Source of the DNA: a virus | Length of the DNA stretch: 46,647 nt | Virus record (IMG/VR): IMGVR_UViG_3300045988_053844 | Span: 1 to 46,647 of that record | Direction: 5' to 3' (one strand) | In this document: positions 19,901-27,081 of the stretch, in pieces | How the letters are laid out: each line of letters starts with the position of its first letter | How positions within the stretch are numbered: position 1 is the stretch's first letter | Translations under genes and position numbers: made by a program | The notes under the pieces: generated by a model | Told to the model about the DNA's origin: nothing | What the model saw: the letters and a program-made list of their open reading frames with translations, nothing else | The model's database searches: none

Positions 19901-21286
19901 AGCAGACCGCCGCAGCGGACTTTGGCTACTAATACCGGTTCCAGCAAGGCGCGTACTGGCGGCAAGTATCCCGTCGACTTATCGCGCGGCAGTGAGGTTA
20001 CGGCGGTGAAAAGCACTATTCATGATATTTGTTATCGTGAAACAATGCTTGATTTCAGAAAGATACTGAACGATGAGGATATTTACCGCAACATGGTTGA
20101 GCGTTTAGGCGATACCAACGTAAGACTTTTGAGAGAGTTTTTGCAGGCTTGCGCTAATCCGTACGGCAATAAAACAGCATATATGGCAGAGAATCTGTTT
20201 ACGAAAGCCGCCAACGCTTTACGTAATATCGCAACAAATACGGCTATTATGCTTAACTTCAAAACGGCAATGCAGAACTTTTCTAACATCCTGCTATATG
20301 GTAATAGTGTAGAAGGCTTTACTCATGCCGACGCTTTCAGAGCCTTGTACCGTGGCTTTACAGGTGAAGGCAGGGCAGAAGTAGATGCGATTTGTGCAAA
20401 AAGCGTGTTTATGCGTGAACGCATGGAAGTACCAGACGTTACATTGAGAGATATTCAGAATCGTTCCGACCTTAACTCAATTGAGAAAAAGACGCTGAAA
20501 TATGGTGCAATGCTGTTAGGCTACACTGATATGATGACTGCAAAGCCGGTATTTGCAGAAGCATACATGAAGAAAATCAACGAAGGCAAGACGGAAGAGG
20601 AAGCACTAGACTTTGCGAACGCTGTTATTCGGCGCACGTTAGGCAGCAGCCGAATTCATGATGTATCAAGTCTGCAACGTGGCAGCGGCTTATTCAGACT
20701 GTTTACGATGTTCCAGGGATTTTTCAACACACAGTTTAACCAATGGGACAGAGAAGCACATATCGCCAAAAGGTTATGGAATAGCGGCGAGAAAAAAGAA
20801 ATGGCTGAACGGCTGATTGCTTTCGTTACCGCTAAATGGTTAGGCGTATGCTTGCTGAACGTAGCTATTGCAGAGCTTTCTTTGACCGCGCCTTTTGAGA
20901 AAGACAAAAAAGACGATTGGAATAATCTTGCAAAAGAGCTTATCAACTACCCGTTGTCTATGGGCGGTCCCGTCGGGCAAGCGGCGAACGTTGGTGTACA
21001 GAACTTGCTAGGTATGAGGAACTACGGCTACAGACTGACTGCGGCGCAAGGCTTGATTGACAGAGGCTTTACTGTTGCAAGACGCTTGAACGACGTTGCG
21101 GAAGGCAAGAAAGAACCCGGCGAGTTAATAGAACAAGCAGCATATGTCGCCGGCGCATATCTTGGTATTCCCAGTGGTATCTTTAATATCATATTCAACG
21201 GCATAGATATTGCTGCTGATGATATGGACTTTGAGCTGCAAGACATTTACAAACGCAGGCCAAAAAGCGAACGCAAAAAAGATTGA
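13931..21286 (+). CDS. Giant polyvalent internal virion protein with a zincin HExxH metallopeptidase module, 2451 aa
   Basis: Uninterrupted 7.36-kb ORF in the T7 gp16 position. HETGH at nt 16244-16258. Gly/Ala-rich hydrophobic N-terminal segments. Two internally duplicated modules of about 55-60 aa. Confidence 0.8.
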   Translation: MANEPLDEFDRRLKAKKEYANYGFIADIDSGLSPAETLGFYDLQKMSDDEYNKFSQAVKSNSSPTIDTSSIINDDKPGIGTAVMNGLKGSVRGLFGAAKAAVDANIEAHKGDKNVVKEYDQSENISKALGYVTDEILKREEVKADTAAGQLGYDLAENGIQLLVQLALTKGAGAAGAGMKTVHAISMLYNGANISGEQYLRLRKEGVNASRAAEAGLMNAVPQAVLEELPLGRLLKKMPAGSGLKAKIWEVTKRGLEEGVTEALQEFPEQATDLWAKNPGASTAKLAEMWGENWQQNLKEAGYSGLIGGILGGTVSGVSVAVDSAVEHVALKANEERKAKLVADAERIKETGINPEYAGASIDAINANVEDNTVTVSAQDLEGYKQTSNNNKLFEELGITEEEVAMAAELGQDIDISRGKFTAAMAKDNALFEATKDNMYFDSNGELSDGGAKTRKELREGYNLTRQASTELDAELDAIVDSATKAGMNKSHAGNLRLVLESRALIADPENPAAWLQKNKLRFEDGGKAKQKNGWFSKGGVLKKEQFYTTNITGNEMGHYSDLKSLQKKAFAWYRDNLQGTSVHNSVLGDIRIDKGYQENNIKFGTSGRKKMEHTSAKKEKLFALRYLREIMENGNFVTESAPQKEKHSDENFYYIHSALNVNGEKRYVVVTVREHNDKSLSYYNHNVFNESEYKKIEDAFKPSGSEQFKAQPSISNKTSSFADSVSQKADNYKQQKIVNGTLKDKGMISPMDDGTYVITLFKGADASTVIHETGHYFVETMINEALADPSNTRLNADAKKLMEYAGIDADTWASGDVEAKRAGHEKLAEAFETYIMEGKAPSVGLRGVFQRFANWLSAIYSKIARSENAAELTPEVRQVFDRMLACREEIEVMARMEGIFGGLPENITSKLSDQNKKTLQDKILKAKDKAVDILTRRAMADFSAKRRAEKAAFIEEIRPQIEQAVAQELVNRARVQVGQEFGQESKLANPAIIARKYRHVLGSVLPNYNDMLNDTNASIDDILNPIVEYLQAEVDTYGTLSKERVANAKDMLVAMFSKSRQKTVTNPTFVVDEHGMAHANFRQKINEWETIEANPRRLARKYIYGNERINYNELLKDTNGAIDDILNPIADRIESELAEYQDTVKSERAFFINGKWGYFAATNRTEGKYANDFAGIPDQSAVLVDFGEIGKDGKRHWTKRALEQADIEGLVFHEAGDSIRNVNWVSRYVHDYGGNISDLTSKKGRRKIAEKIARGEDIADYYDLRSTGLDYGDAEIKADFKHVVDELDRLQALKHRLETDPEGVDLVKESKRNQLSQEQKELFDQIAEENGYAGGYEMAREIVEGYTVNENEGSDVQDNWARNYIRNGGDKAKLKSEEGLKEIAETLVEGEQLTELNELKALKHELETNPDKVDLVEMSKKRALSNEQRELFDWVADSLGYDSGDAMAQDILTSPSERAMVRQEIDKAVNRRFPDFMQEREQAREAAREALYNDESGEVVALEQQLIDEALNEISNKDIKQKERENIAKVRKQNADNFAKRYIQTLPAGEVMKPRRFAMAERRAAANANKAAKAGLLEEAAMYKQQQMINHALYREAVKAKHQIESARKYVKKQMHSKKEVWGTEQHFFQMCALLERMGYHRKDFNTNGREVQPLSDYIAEMQAKYGDEIISMPEFVLNPNNDLTNAPQLSLANYMDVIDALKNIRAIAKQDTQMNKIAAGEAFEQVKADTIAHLQELPVEYEAEIGSDSKKSLRKRIVEWPKNFMATLRNADNFFLMMDNWTEGYFTREFYNKINHCADMESTMLEGYQKELTDALQKWEPDKETGIAHDKRIYYEELGGSADKHALIAMLCNLGSDSNAARLCSQKPVGVKNSDIWVEESELIGKEEAMLQTKQNLIEFLCKHLTKADIAYAQARINAASKFWPMLAEVNRRTKGFEPPKIEASPLVMKLASGESVVFEGGYFPLERDTRTGSMPGKFDRIDSTEEGSRPPQRTLATNTGSSKARTGGKYPVDLSRGSEVTAVKSTIHDICYRETMLDFRKILNDEDIYRNMVERLGDTNVRLLREFLQACANPYGNKTAYMAENLFTKAANALRNIATNTAIMLNFKTAMQNFSNILLYGNSVEGFTHADAFRALYRGFTGEGRAEVDAICAKSVFMRERMEVPDVTLRDIQNRSDLNSIEKKTLKYGAMLLGYTDMMTAKPVFAEAYMKKINEGKTEEEALDFANAVIRRTLGSSRIHDVSSLQRGSGLFRLFTMFQGFFNTQFNQWDREAHIAKRLWNSGEKKEMAERLIAFVTAKWLGVCLLNVAIAELSLTAPFEKDKKDDWNNLAKELINYPLSMGGPVGQAANVGVQNLLGMRNYGYRLTAAQGLIDRGFTVARRLNDVAEGKKEPGELIEQAAYVAGAYLGIPSGIFNIIFNGIDIAADDMDFELQDIYKRRPKSERKKD

Positions 21287-21358
21287 CAAAAATTTCACAA
21301 AGTAGCATAGATACGAACCTTTGAAAATGAATGTATAATTAGTTAAAGTGATTTTATT

Positions 21359-21396
21359 AAAAGTAGATATATTTTTATATATCTACTTTTTCTTTT
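21359..21396 (+). terminator. Strong rho-independent terminator between the core-protein and tail-fibre genes
   Basis: AAAAGTAGATATAT / ATATATCTACTTTT forms a perfect 14-bp stem with a tttt loop, followed by a T-rich tail. Confidence 0.75.
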
Positions 21397-21425
21397 GGCA
21401 AAATAATAAAAGGAGGGGAGCTATC

Positions 21426-23615
21426 ATGATTGCTCATGTAGATAACAGAATCACATATAACGGCAATGGAAATGCAACAGAGTTTGCGTATCAGTTTAAA
21501 ATTTTAGACCGAACAGACATTAAAGTTATGCTGACAGACGCAGACGGCAAAGAAAAACTGCTGACTAAAGATTATTATGTTGATGTTGAAAAAAGCGTTG
21601 TACGTTATCCAGGTTACGCAGTTGGCGCTGAAGTGCCGGAGAGCGAAAGACCGGCGGTATTGCCGACGGGCTGGAAACTGACGATTTACAGGGAAGTGCC
21701 GGTGACGCAGGAAACAGACTTGCCCGACCAATATCCTTTTAACCAGGTTGAGGCTATTGGTGACAAATTGACGATGATTGCGCAACAGCTTACCGATACT
21801 ACCGGCAGAAGTTTGAAAATCGGTGTAAGCAAAAGTACTGATATTGATACTGTAATCCCGTGGGAGAACGGCAAGAGCTTTAGAATTAGCGACGACGGAA
21901 AAACTCTTGAATTGTCGGAAGACCCGGCAAAGGTTTTGCCATTGGCGCAAGGTGTTTACGCGCAGACTCAAGCACAAGCACAGAGTGCTGCTGCAAGCGC
22001 AACTGCGGCAGCAAAGAGTGAAGATAGTGCATTCAAATCAGCAGGCGTAGCAGGTAACAGCGCACAGTACGCGAGCTTATCTGCTGCAAGCGCTTCTGAA
22101 AATGCGGAGCTGACGAGTGGTTATAAGCAGGAGGCATTAACCGCCAAGGCTGACGCTGCGGCATCTGCAACCAACGCGAAGGCAAGCGAAGCCAATGCAA
22201 AAACTAGCGAAAACAACGCAGAAGCCAGCAAGGAAGCAGCTCAATCTGCTGCTACTGCTGCTAGTAACTATGCGTCTGCTTCCCGAGGTAGCGCAAATGA
22301 AGCACAGACCTACAAGACCAATACACAAACCTATATGAACAACGCTAAGAATTATAGCGAAAATGTGAATGTATTTATTCCTAGTGTATCTTCTTCTGGT
22401 GTGTTGAGTTGGACAAATAAGGCTGGCTTGGATAATCCTGCTAGTGTAAACATTAAAGGTGCAAAAGGTGACAAAGGTGACACTGGCGCACAAGGTATAC
22501 AAGGTGTAAAAGGCGATAAAGGTGATACAGGTGAGCAAGGCTTACAAGGTATTGCTGGTACTGCTGCTACTATCCGTATTGGTAGTGTGTATACAGGTGA
22601 ACCCGGTACTAATGCAAGTGTTACCAATAGTGGTACTTCTACTAACGCTATCTTGAACTTTACGATTCCAAGAGGTAATCCGGGTTCTGGTGGTGGTACT
22701 TCTATTGATGTGGATGCTGAATTAAGTGATTCCAGTCTGAACCCTGTGCAGAACAAGGTTATCAAAGAAGCCTTAGATGGTAAATTGGGTAAAACTGAAA
22801 CAGCAGCAGCAGCACTTCATGATGGTGCAGGTAATGTCATTGTTGATACCTATGCTAAGAAAACAGATATTACTAATATTACTGTGGATAGCTCACTGTC
22901 CAGCACTTCGACTAACCCTGTACAGAACAAGGTTATATACAGTGCCTTAGAGGACAAAATGAATACCGCAGATGTTCTCTCTGGTTTTGCTTTATTTGGT
23001 GGAGCTACTAACATAAGGTGGCGTGAAGGTACACAATTTGTTGGTTCAATCAACGCTGTGAATTATAGTGGCACGGCTCGTGCAGCAACCCATGATGGTG
23101 ATGGCAATGTAATCACATCCACCTACGCTAAGAAAACAGATATTAGTGGTGTGGTTAAATCTGTCAATGGCACAGCACCCGATGCGAGTGGTAATGTAAC
23201 TATTACGGCTACTGGTGGTGTAAGTACATCCTCTGCAAATACATGGACGGCAGTGCAGGAGTTTTATAATACAAAGACCTTCCGCGCCTGCCATACCGGC
23301 CATTTTGTAGAAGGTACTAGCGATACACCGGTAACTGATACAATGTGGTATACAACAAATGGTGATTTTACTCTTAATCTCTCTAATTTTGCTATGTTGC
23401 TTGGTACGTATGAATCTATTGTATTCTCTGCATACTTTACTGCTGATGCTGACCATGCTCTGACTATCAGTGGTGCAGGCACTATGACATACATAGGTAG
23501 TGCAAGCGATATTGCTATTTCCGGCTCTGGTACACTTCTGACTGTCTGGATGATAAAGAACTCTAATGGTGTTGTAAGTATTGTACAGGCTCATAAGTTA
23601 GGAAGTGGTACATAA
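21426..23615 (+). CDS. Tail fibre / receptor-binding protein with collagen-like repeat, 729 aa
   Basis: AAAGGAGGGGA RBS before ATG 21426, whereas the upstream ATG at 21348 lies inside the terminator. Ala/Ser-rich coiled coil, 11 G-X-Y triplets (22458-22559), and duplicated NPVQNKVI and HDGxGNVIxxTYAKKTDI motifs. Confidence 0.8.
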   Translation: MIAHVDNRITYNGNGNATEFAYQFKILDRTDIKVMLTDADGKEKLLTKDYYVDVEKSVVRYPGYAVGAEVPESERPAVLPTGWKLTIYREVPVTQETDLPDQYPFNQVEAIGDKLTMIAQQLTDTTGRSLKIGVSKSTDIDTVIPWENGKSFRISDDGKTLELSEDPAKVLPLAQGVYAQTQAQAQSAAASATAAAKSEDSAFKSAGVAGNSAQYASLSAASASENAELTSGYKQEALTAKADAAASATNAKASEANAKTSENNAEASKEAAQSAATAASNYASASRGSANEAQTYKTNTQTYMNNAKNYSENVNVFIPSVSSSGVLSWTNKAGLDNPASVNIKGAKGDKGDTGAQGIQGVKGDKGDTGEQGLQGIAGTAATIRIGSVYTGEPGTNASVTNSGTSTNAILNFTIPRGNPGSGGGTSIDVDAELSDSSLNPVQNKVIKEALDGKLGKTETAAAALHDGAGNVIVDTYAKKTDITNITVDSSLSSTSTNPVQNKVIYSALEDKMNTADVLSGFALFGGATNIRWREGTQFVGSINAVNYSGTARAATHDGDGNVITSTYAKKTDISGVVKSVNGTAPDASGNVTITATGGVSTSSANTWTAVQEFYNTKTFRACHTGHFVEGTSDTPVTDTMWYTTNGDFTLNLSNFAMLLGTYESIVFSAYFTADADHALTISGAGTMTYIGSASDIAISGSGTLLTVWMIKNSNGVVSIVQAHKLGSGT

Positions 23616-24007
23616 TGAGAAGATTGTTCTTTGGTGAAGTAAAGGTTGAAGATGGTAGCAAGAAGTGGGATTATGATGAAACAAATAATAAAACAATAGC
23701 TTTTACTGTTCCACCAGGTATTAAAAGAATCAAAGTGTTTGCAGAAGTTGACTATGCTTCGGGAGAGCCGAATATTTACGTGGGTGCTTCTATAAAAAAT
23801 AAAATGACTAATAAAACATGGGGCGAAGGCCTCTCAGAAGCTAATGATGCAGGAGATAACGTGTCCCATCAAGATATTGATTCTATTGTAGGTGTGACTC
23901 CGAATAAAACCTATACATTATATTTTGATTGTTATGCTACATCTGGTGTAACTTTTTCATGGGGTAAAGCAATAAATGCGATGACACCTACAGTTGAAGA
24001 TTATTAA
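23615..24007 (+). CDS. Tail-fibre-associated protein of unknown function, 130 aa
   Basis: ATG overlaps the fibre stop (TAATG). Beta-rich sequence. Confidence 0.5.
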   Translation: MRRLFFGEVKVEDGSKKWDYDETNNKTIAFTVPPGIKRIKVFAEVDYASGEPNIYVGASIKNKMTNKTWGEGLSEANDAGDNVSHQDIDSIVGVTPNKTYTLYFDCYATSGVTFSWGKAINAMTPTVEDY

Positions 24008-24023
24008 GCAAAGGAGAAACAAA

Positions 24024-24524
24024 ATGCAAACAAAATATAAACACAAAGACCAAACCTACTCTAGCATTTACCCACTTTCAGAAGCCTTAGGCAAAGAGGG
24101 TATTTTCATCCCACTATCAATCAGCGATGAATCCTTAGCAGAATTAGGCGTAATCATCACGCATGAGGAAGAACCCTTAGAAGTAATTAAGCAACGCAAG
24201 ATTGCGGAGCTTAAATATCAGCGTGATAAAGCAGAGGTTACTCCCATTGAATACAATGGACATAGTTATGACTTTGATAGTAAAGCCCGTGACAGAATCA
24301 GCGCTGCAATTATTGCGCTGGAACTGCAAGGCGAGGGAGCTACAATAGAGTGGACCACGGCAGATAATGATGATACGCCAGTAACTGCTACCGATTTAAA
24401 GATGATTATTGCTGCTGTGGCGGTGCGCTCAAACAAATTGCATACTGCATATCGTATAGCGAAAGAAAAAGTTGAGGAAGCAACTACGGCAGCAGATGTA
24501 GAAGCTGTGACGTTTGAAGTTTAA
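24024..24524 (+). CDS. DUF4376-like tail fibre assembly/chaperone protein, 166 aa
   Basis: AAGGAG RBS. The C-terminal two-thirds (KIAELKYQRDKAE...YDFDSKARDRISAAI...) matches my recollection of DUF4376 proteins encoded next to tail fibres. Confidence 0.5.
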   Translation: MQTKYKHKDQTYSSIYPLSEALGKEGIFIPLSISDESLAELGVIITHEEEPLEVIKQRKIAELKYQRDKAEVTPIEYNGHSYDFDSKARDRISAAIIALELQGEGATIEWTTADNDDTPVTATDLKMIIAAVAVRSNKLHTAYRIAKEKVEEATTAADVEAVTFEV

Positions 24525-24543
24525 TTTATAGGGGTGTAGTGAA

Positions 24544-24900
24544 ATGATAGAACAGTCTTTAGATGCGGCATTGAACTCTATTATTAACGTCATATCTGGT
24601 TGCGTAATAACGTTGCTTATTACTATGTACCGGCAAAAGAAGAAACAAAATGATGCGTTGAAAGTGGGACTGCAAGCGTTGCTGCGTGACAGAATTATCC
24701 AGGCTTATAATCACTATGTCCAGGATAGAGGATGGATACCTATCTATGCCAAAGAGAGTATCGACGCCTGCTATCGGAGTTACGAGGCGCTAGGTGACAA
24801 TGGCGTGATTGACAGTCTGATGGAGCAGTTAAATGAACTGCCTAACTATGATTTAAAAGAACATGATGAAAAATGTAAGGAGTGTAAGTGTCATGCGTAA
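24544..24900 (+). CDS. N-terminally membrane-anchored protein, 118 aa (lysis-cassette position)
   Basis: One predicted TM (IINVISGCVITLLITMY) followed by a KKKQ stop-transfer and a soluble domain. Confidence 0.5.
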   Translation: MIEQSLDAALNSIINVISGCVITLLITMYRQKKKQNDALKVGLQALLRDRIIQAYNHYVQDRGWIPIYAKESIDACYRSYEALGDNGVIDSLMEQLNELPNYDLKEHDEKCKECKCHA

Positions 24901-25147
24901 AATAATTAATATGTTAAAGAAGAACGACAACGCTTACAGCGTAGGCAGAATCTGCGCTGTGATTGGCTTTGTTGTTTGGGTATTGGTTACACTATGGCTT
25001 GCTTTTTTTGCCAAGACCTGGAGCGGCTACGAGAGTTGTACGCTTGGTATGGTTACACTGCTGCTTGTACAGTTAGGCAATAAGGCTATTGAAACAAGAA
25101 TGTTTAAGGTGAAAAGTGAGGAGCGGAACGATGAGCGATTGGAATAA
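24893..25147 (+). CDS. Putative holin (two TM segments), 84 aa
   Basis: AAGGAG RBS. TM1 ICAVIGFVVWVLVTLWLAFF and TM2 LGMVTLLLVQLG, with a charged C-terminus. Immediately upstream of the lysin candidate and overlapping it. Confidence 0.5.
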   Translation: MRKIINMLKKNDNAYSVGRICAVIGFVVWVLVTLWLAFFAKTWSGYESCTLGMVTLLLVQLGNKAIETRMFKVKSEERNDERLE

Positions 25148-25751
25148 AGCATTAGCGACAGAGATTGCAAAAGGATTGATTAATACAGGAATTGAAGGTG
25201 GCTATGACAGCGTGGCGAAGTCTACGGCTTATGCTTATCCGTCAATCGGCGTGTCACAATGGGAAGGGAATAGAGCAAATGAGCTGCTGAGAGCTATCCC
25301 CGGCGGCGCAGAGTATGCAGACCGCACTTACATTGATATTAAGGCAAGCGGCGAACTGCCGATGCTGAAAGAGTTGTTAAGAAGCGACGCAGGACAACAG
25401 GCACAATTAGAACAGTTGTCACGTGACTGCCTGCAATATGTCGAAGTGCTTCAGCAGGTGCCGACGTTGGACGATACACGTTGCATTATCTATGCCGGAA
25501 TGTGGTGCCCTACATCTACTTGGGTAGTTAAGCGCTTTTTGGCTAACAGATATATGCACGTTGACCTGCGCAGTCTGGAAGCACTCTATAAACTGTTTAA
25601 AAACTACTACTGGGTTGCCGCCGATGTTGGCGAGATGTATAGAGCAGGTTACGCCAATAGAGCGGAAGCTACGTATCAGTACGTCGCTGGCATTGACTTA
25701 ACAACACCATACGGCGTGCCTGCTTATGGGTATGCTGGCAACGGAAGATGA
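25131..25751 (+). CDS. Putative endolysin (lysozyme-like), 206 aa, no obvious cell-wall-binding domain
   Basis: Position after the holin. SIGVSQWEGNRANELL resembles the G-x-x-Q-W-x-G-x-R motif of the lysozyme-like phage family as I recall it. Confidence 0.45.
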   Translation: MSDWNKALATEIAKGLINTGIEGGYDSVAKSTAYAYPSIGVSQWEGNRANELLRAIPGGAEYADRTYIDIKASGELPMLKELLRSDAGQQAQLEQLSRDCLQYVEVLQQVPTLDDTRCIIYAGMWCPTSTWVVKRFLANRYMHVDLRSLEALYKLFKNYYWVAADVGEMYRAGYANRAEATYQYVAGIDLTTPYGVPAYGYAGNGR

Positions 25752-25885
25752 TTTAAAGCTTATGCTTTAGATACAGTCACCGACAAGAGGTTTAGTTATT
25801 CCCTCTCCTATACGTGTAGCATTTTCTGGTATTTTTATTTGCGTAATAGCCGGTGACACATTCTACAATGATTGGAGGTGATACA

Positions 25886-25984
25886 ATGGAAGAACTGAAA
25901 ATGTTTGTGCTTGACAAAAAATTTTGGGTAGGCCTTATTATAGGCTTTACTCTTGGTGCATTGCATCATTATTTCGGATTATAA
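25886..25984 (+). CDS. Small single-TM peptide, 32 aa
   Basis: Strong GGAGGTG RBS at 25874-25880. Sequence MEELKMFVLDKKFWVGLIIGFTLGALHHYFGL. Below the length cut-off of the ORF track. Confidence 0.35.
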   Translation: MEELKMFVLDKKFWVGLIIGFTLGALHHYFGL

Positions 25985-26180
25985 CAAACTACCAGGCACA
26001 TAATAATAATCTTCTACAAAAGGCGTAAATTCGCACAAAAATACTTCGCCTATGAGCGTTTTAAATTTAGTGCCGCTTATGATTTATCCTGCGGCGAGCT
26101 AAAGCCGCTTGTAGGCGAAGTTTGTGCTTCTGACGCGATTTATTATATTTTGCAAATATAGATATTTATATGAGGTAATA

Positions 26181-26591
26181 ATGAAAGATGAAACAAAACG
26201 CAAGATTGATAAAGCTGTTAAGATTGGTCTTATTGTTGCTGGTCTTTTCCTTATCTGCAATGACATTTACTGGCGGTGGCACAGCAGAAGCGGCGCCCCA
26301 GCGGATAACGCTGTCAATCGAACAGTGGAATCAATTCAAAAATCAAACGAATCTGCTGGAAGCGAAGTTGAATCTGGCAGACGAGAAATTGAAGCAGCAG
26401 AAGAACACGTCGACAGAACTGTTGACGCAGTTGAACGAAGCGAAGAAACAGCTCAATCTAACGCAAGAAGCGCTGATGAACTCCAAACACTCATTAGCGA
26501 GTGCCGAGGAATCATTGAATCACAGCGAAGCATTATACAAGAAGTTGACAGAGCAAATGGAATTAGAACGTCGGGAAGCAAAGAGAATTAA
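26181..26591 (+). CDS. Frame-A protein: N-terminal TM plus acidic helical domain (i-spanin-like architecture), 136 aa
   Basis: GAGGT 4 nt before the ATG. TM KIGLIVAGLFLIC, then an E/R/S-rich helical region. Fully overlapped by the frame-B ORF. Confidence 0.4.
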   Translation: MKDETKRKIDKAVKIGLIVAGLFLICNDIYWRWHSRSGAPADNAVNRTVESIQKSNESAGSEVESGRREIEAAEEHVDRTVDAVERSEETAQSNARSADELQTLISECRGIIESQRSIIQEVDRANGIRTSGSKEN

Positions 26592-26655
26592 ATGCCAACG
26601 GAATATTTATGCAAGCAGTGCATTATTATTCTTGCTTTGTGCAGCTGCAAAATAA
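26188..26655 (+). CDS. Frame-B protein: signal-like N-terminus, Leu-heptad coiled coil, C-terminal hydrophobic anchor, 155 aa
   Basis: Its ATG lies 7 nt downstream of the frame-A ATG, in the +1 frame. LLRLVLLLLVFSLSAMTF, then LEAKLNLADEKLKQQ...LYKKLTEQMELERREAK, then IYASSALLFLLCAAA. Confidence 0.4.
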   Translation: MKQNARLIKLLRLVLLLLVFSLSAMTFTGGGTAEAAPQRITLSIEQWNQFKNQTNLLEAKLNLADEKLKQQKNTSTELLTQLNEAKKQLNLTQEALMNSKHSLASAEESLNHSEALYKKLTEQMELERREAKRIKCQRNIYASSALLFLLCAAAK

Positions 26656-26819
26656 AATTATTGGATGGTGTTACGATGGATGAAAAGGAACAAATACCGG
26701 CAGGCATTATTACAATGTTATTAAAAGGTTATGTAGAAACTATTGCTTTTCAAAGGAAACTCATCTGTGCCGCTTTGATTGGTTGGGTGGCAACAGCTAT
26801 TGCTTTTATTTGTATGTAG
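26592..26819 (+). CDS. Small membrane protein, 75 aa (alternative start ATG 26676, 47 aa)
   Basis: ATG directly follows the frame-A TAA in the same frame. IIILALCSC is lipobox-like. C-terminal TM LICAALIGWVATAIAFICM. Confidence 0.35.
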   Translation: MPTEYLCKQCIIILALCSCKIKLLDGVTMDEKEQIPAGIITMLLKGYVETIAFQRKLICAALIGWVATAIAFICM

Positions 26820-26834
26820 GTAGGTGACAACAAA

Positions 26835-27074
26835 ATGGACACACTGCTGAAGAACACGCGGGATTGGTTGCAAACTTCAACGCGGCGTTCATTCAGCGCG
26901 GTATTGGTGGAGGCAAAGATAACACCACGACAGGTAGAAATTTGCGAACTGAAATTTGTGAAAGGCTTGACCAATTATCAGATAGCAGCGGAGCTGAATG
27001 TATCTGTTAAAACGGTAGACAAGGAACTTAATACTGCGTATAAACGAATAACAAATGTATTATCATTCCTTTAA
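26835..27074 (+). CDS. LuxR / sigma-70 region-4 type HTH transcriptional regulator, 79 aa
   Basis: ITPRQVEICELKFVKGLTNYQIAAELNVSVKTVDKELNTAYKRI is a canonical region-4/LuxR-type HTH. Confidence 0.65.
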   Translation: MDTLLKNTRDWLQTSTRRSFSAVLVEAKITPRQVEICELKFVKGLTNYQIAAELNVSVKTVDKELNTAYKRITNVLSFL

Positions 27075-27081
27075 ATGCGGG

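Noticed and set aside
21348-21425. Upstream ATG extending the tail-fibre ORF by 26 codons
   Set aside because: The extension lies within the terminator hairpin (21359-21396) and translates to an implausible peptide. A strong AAAGGAGGGGA RBS precedes ATG 21426.
21426-24007. Diversity-generating retroelement, expected by analogy with BPP-1-like phages
   Set aside because: No ORF in any frame shows reverse-transcriptase motifs (no YxDD-type box seen). I found no template/variable repeat pair near the 3-prime end of the fibre gene. A sensitive self-alignment was not possible by eye.
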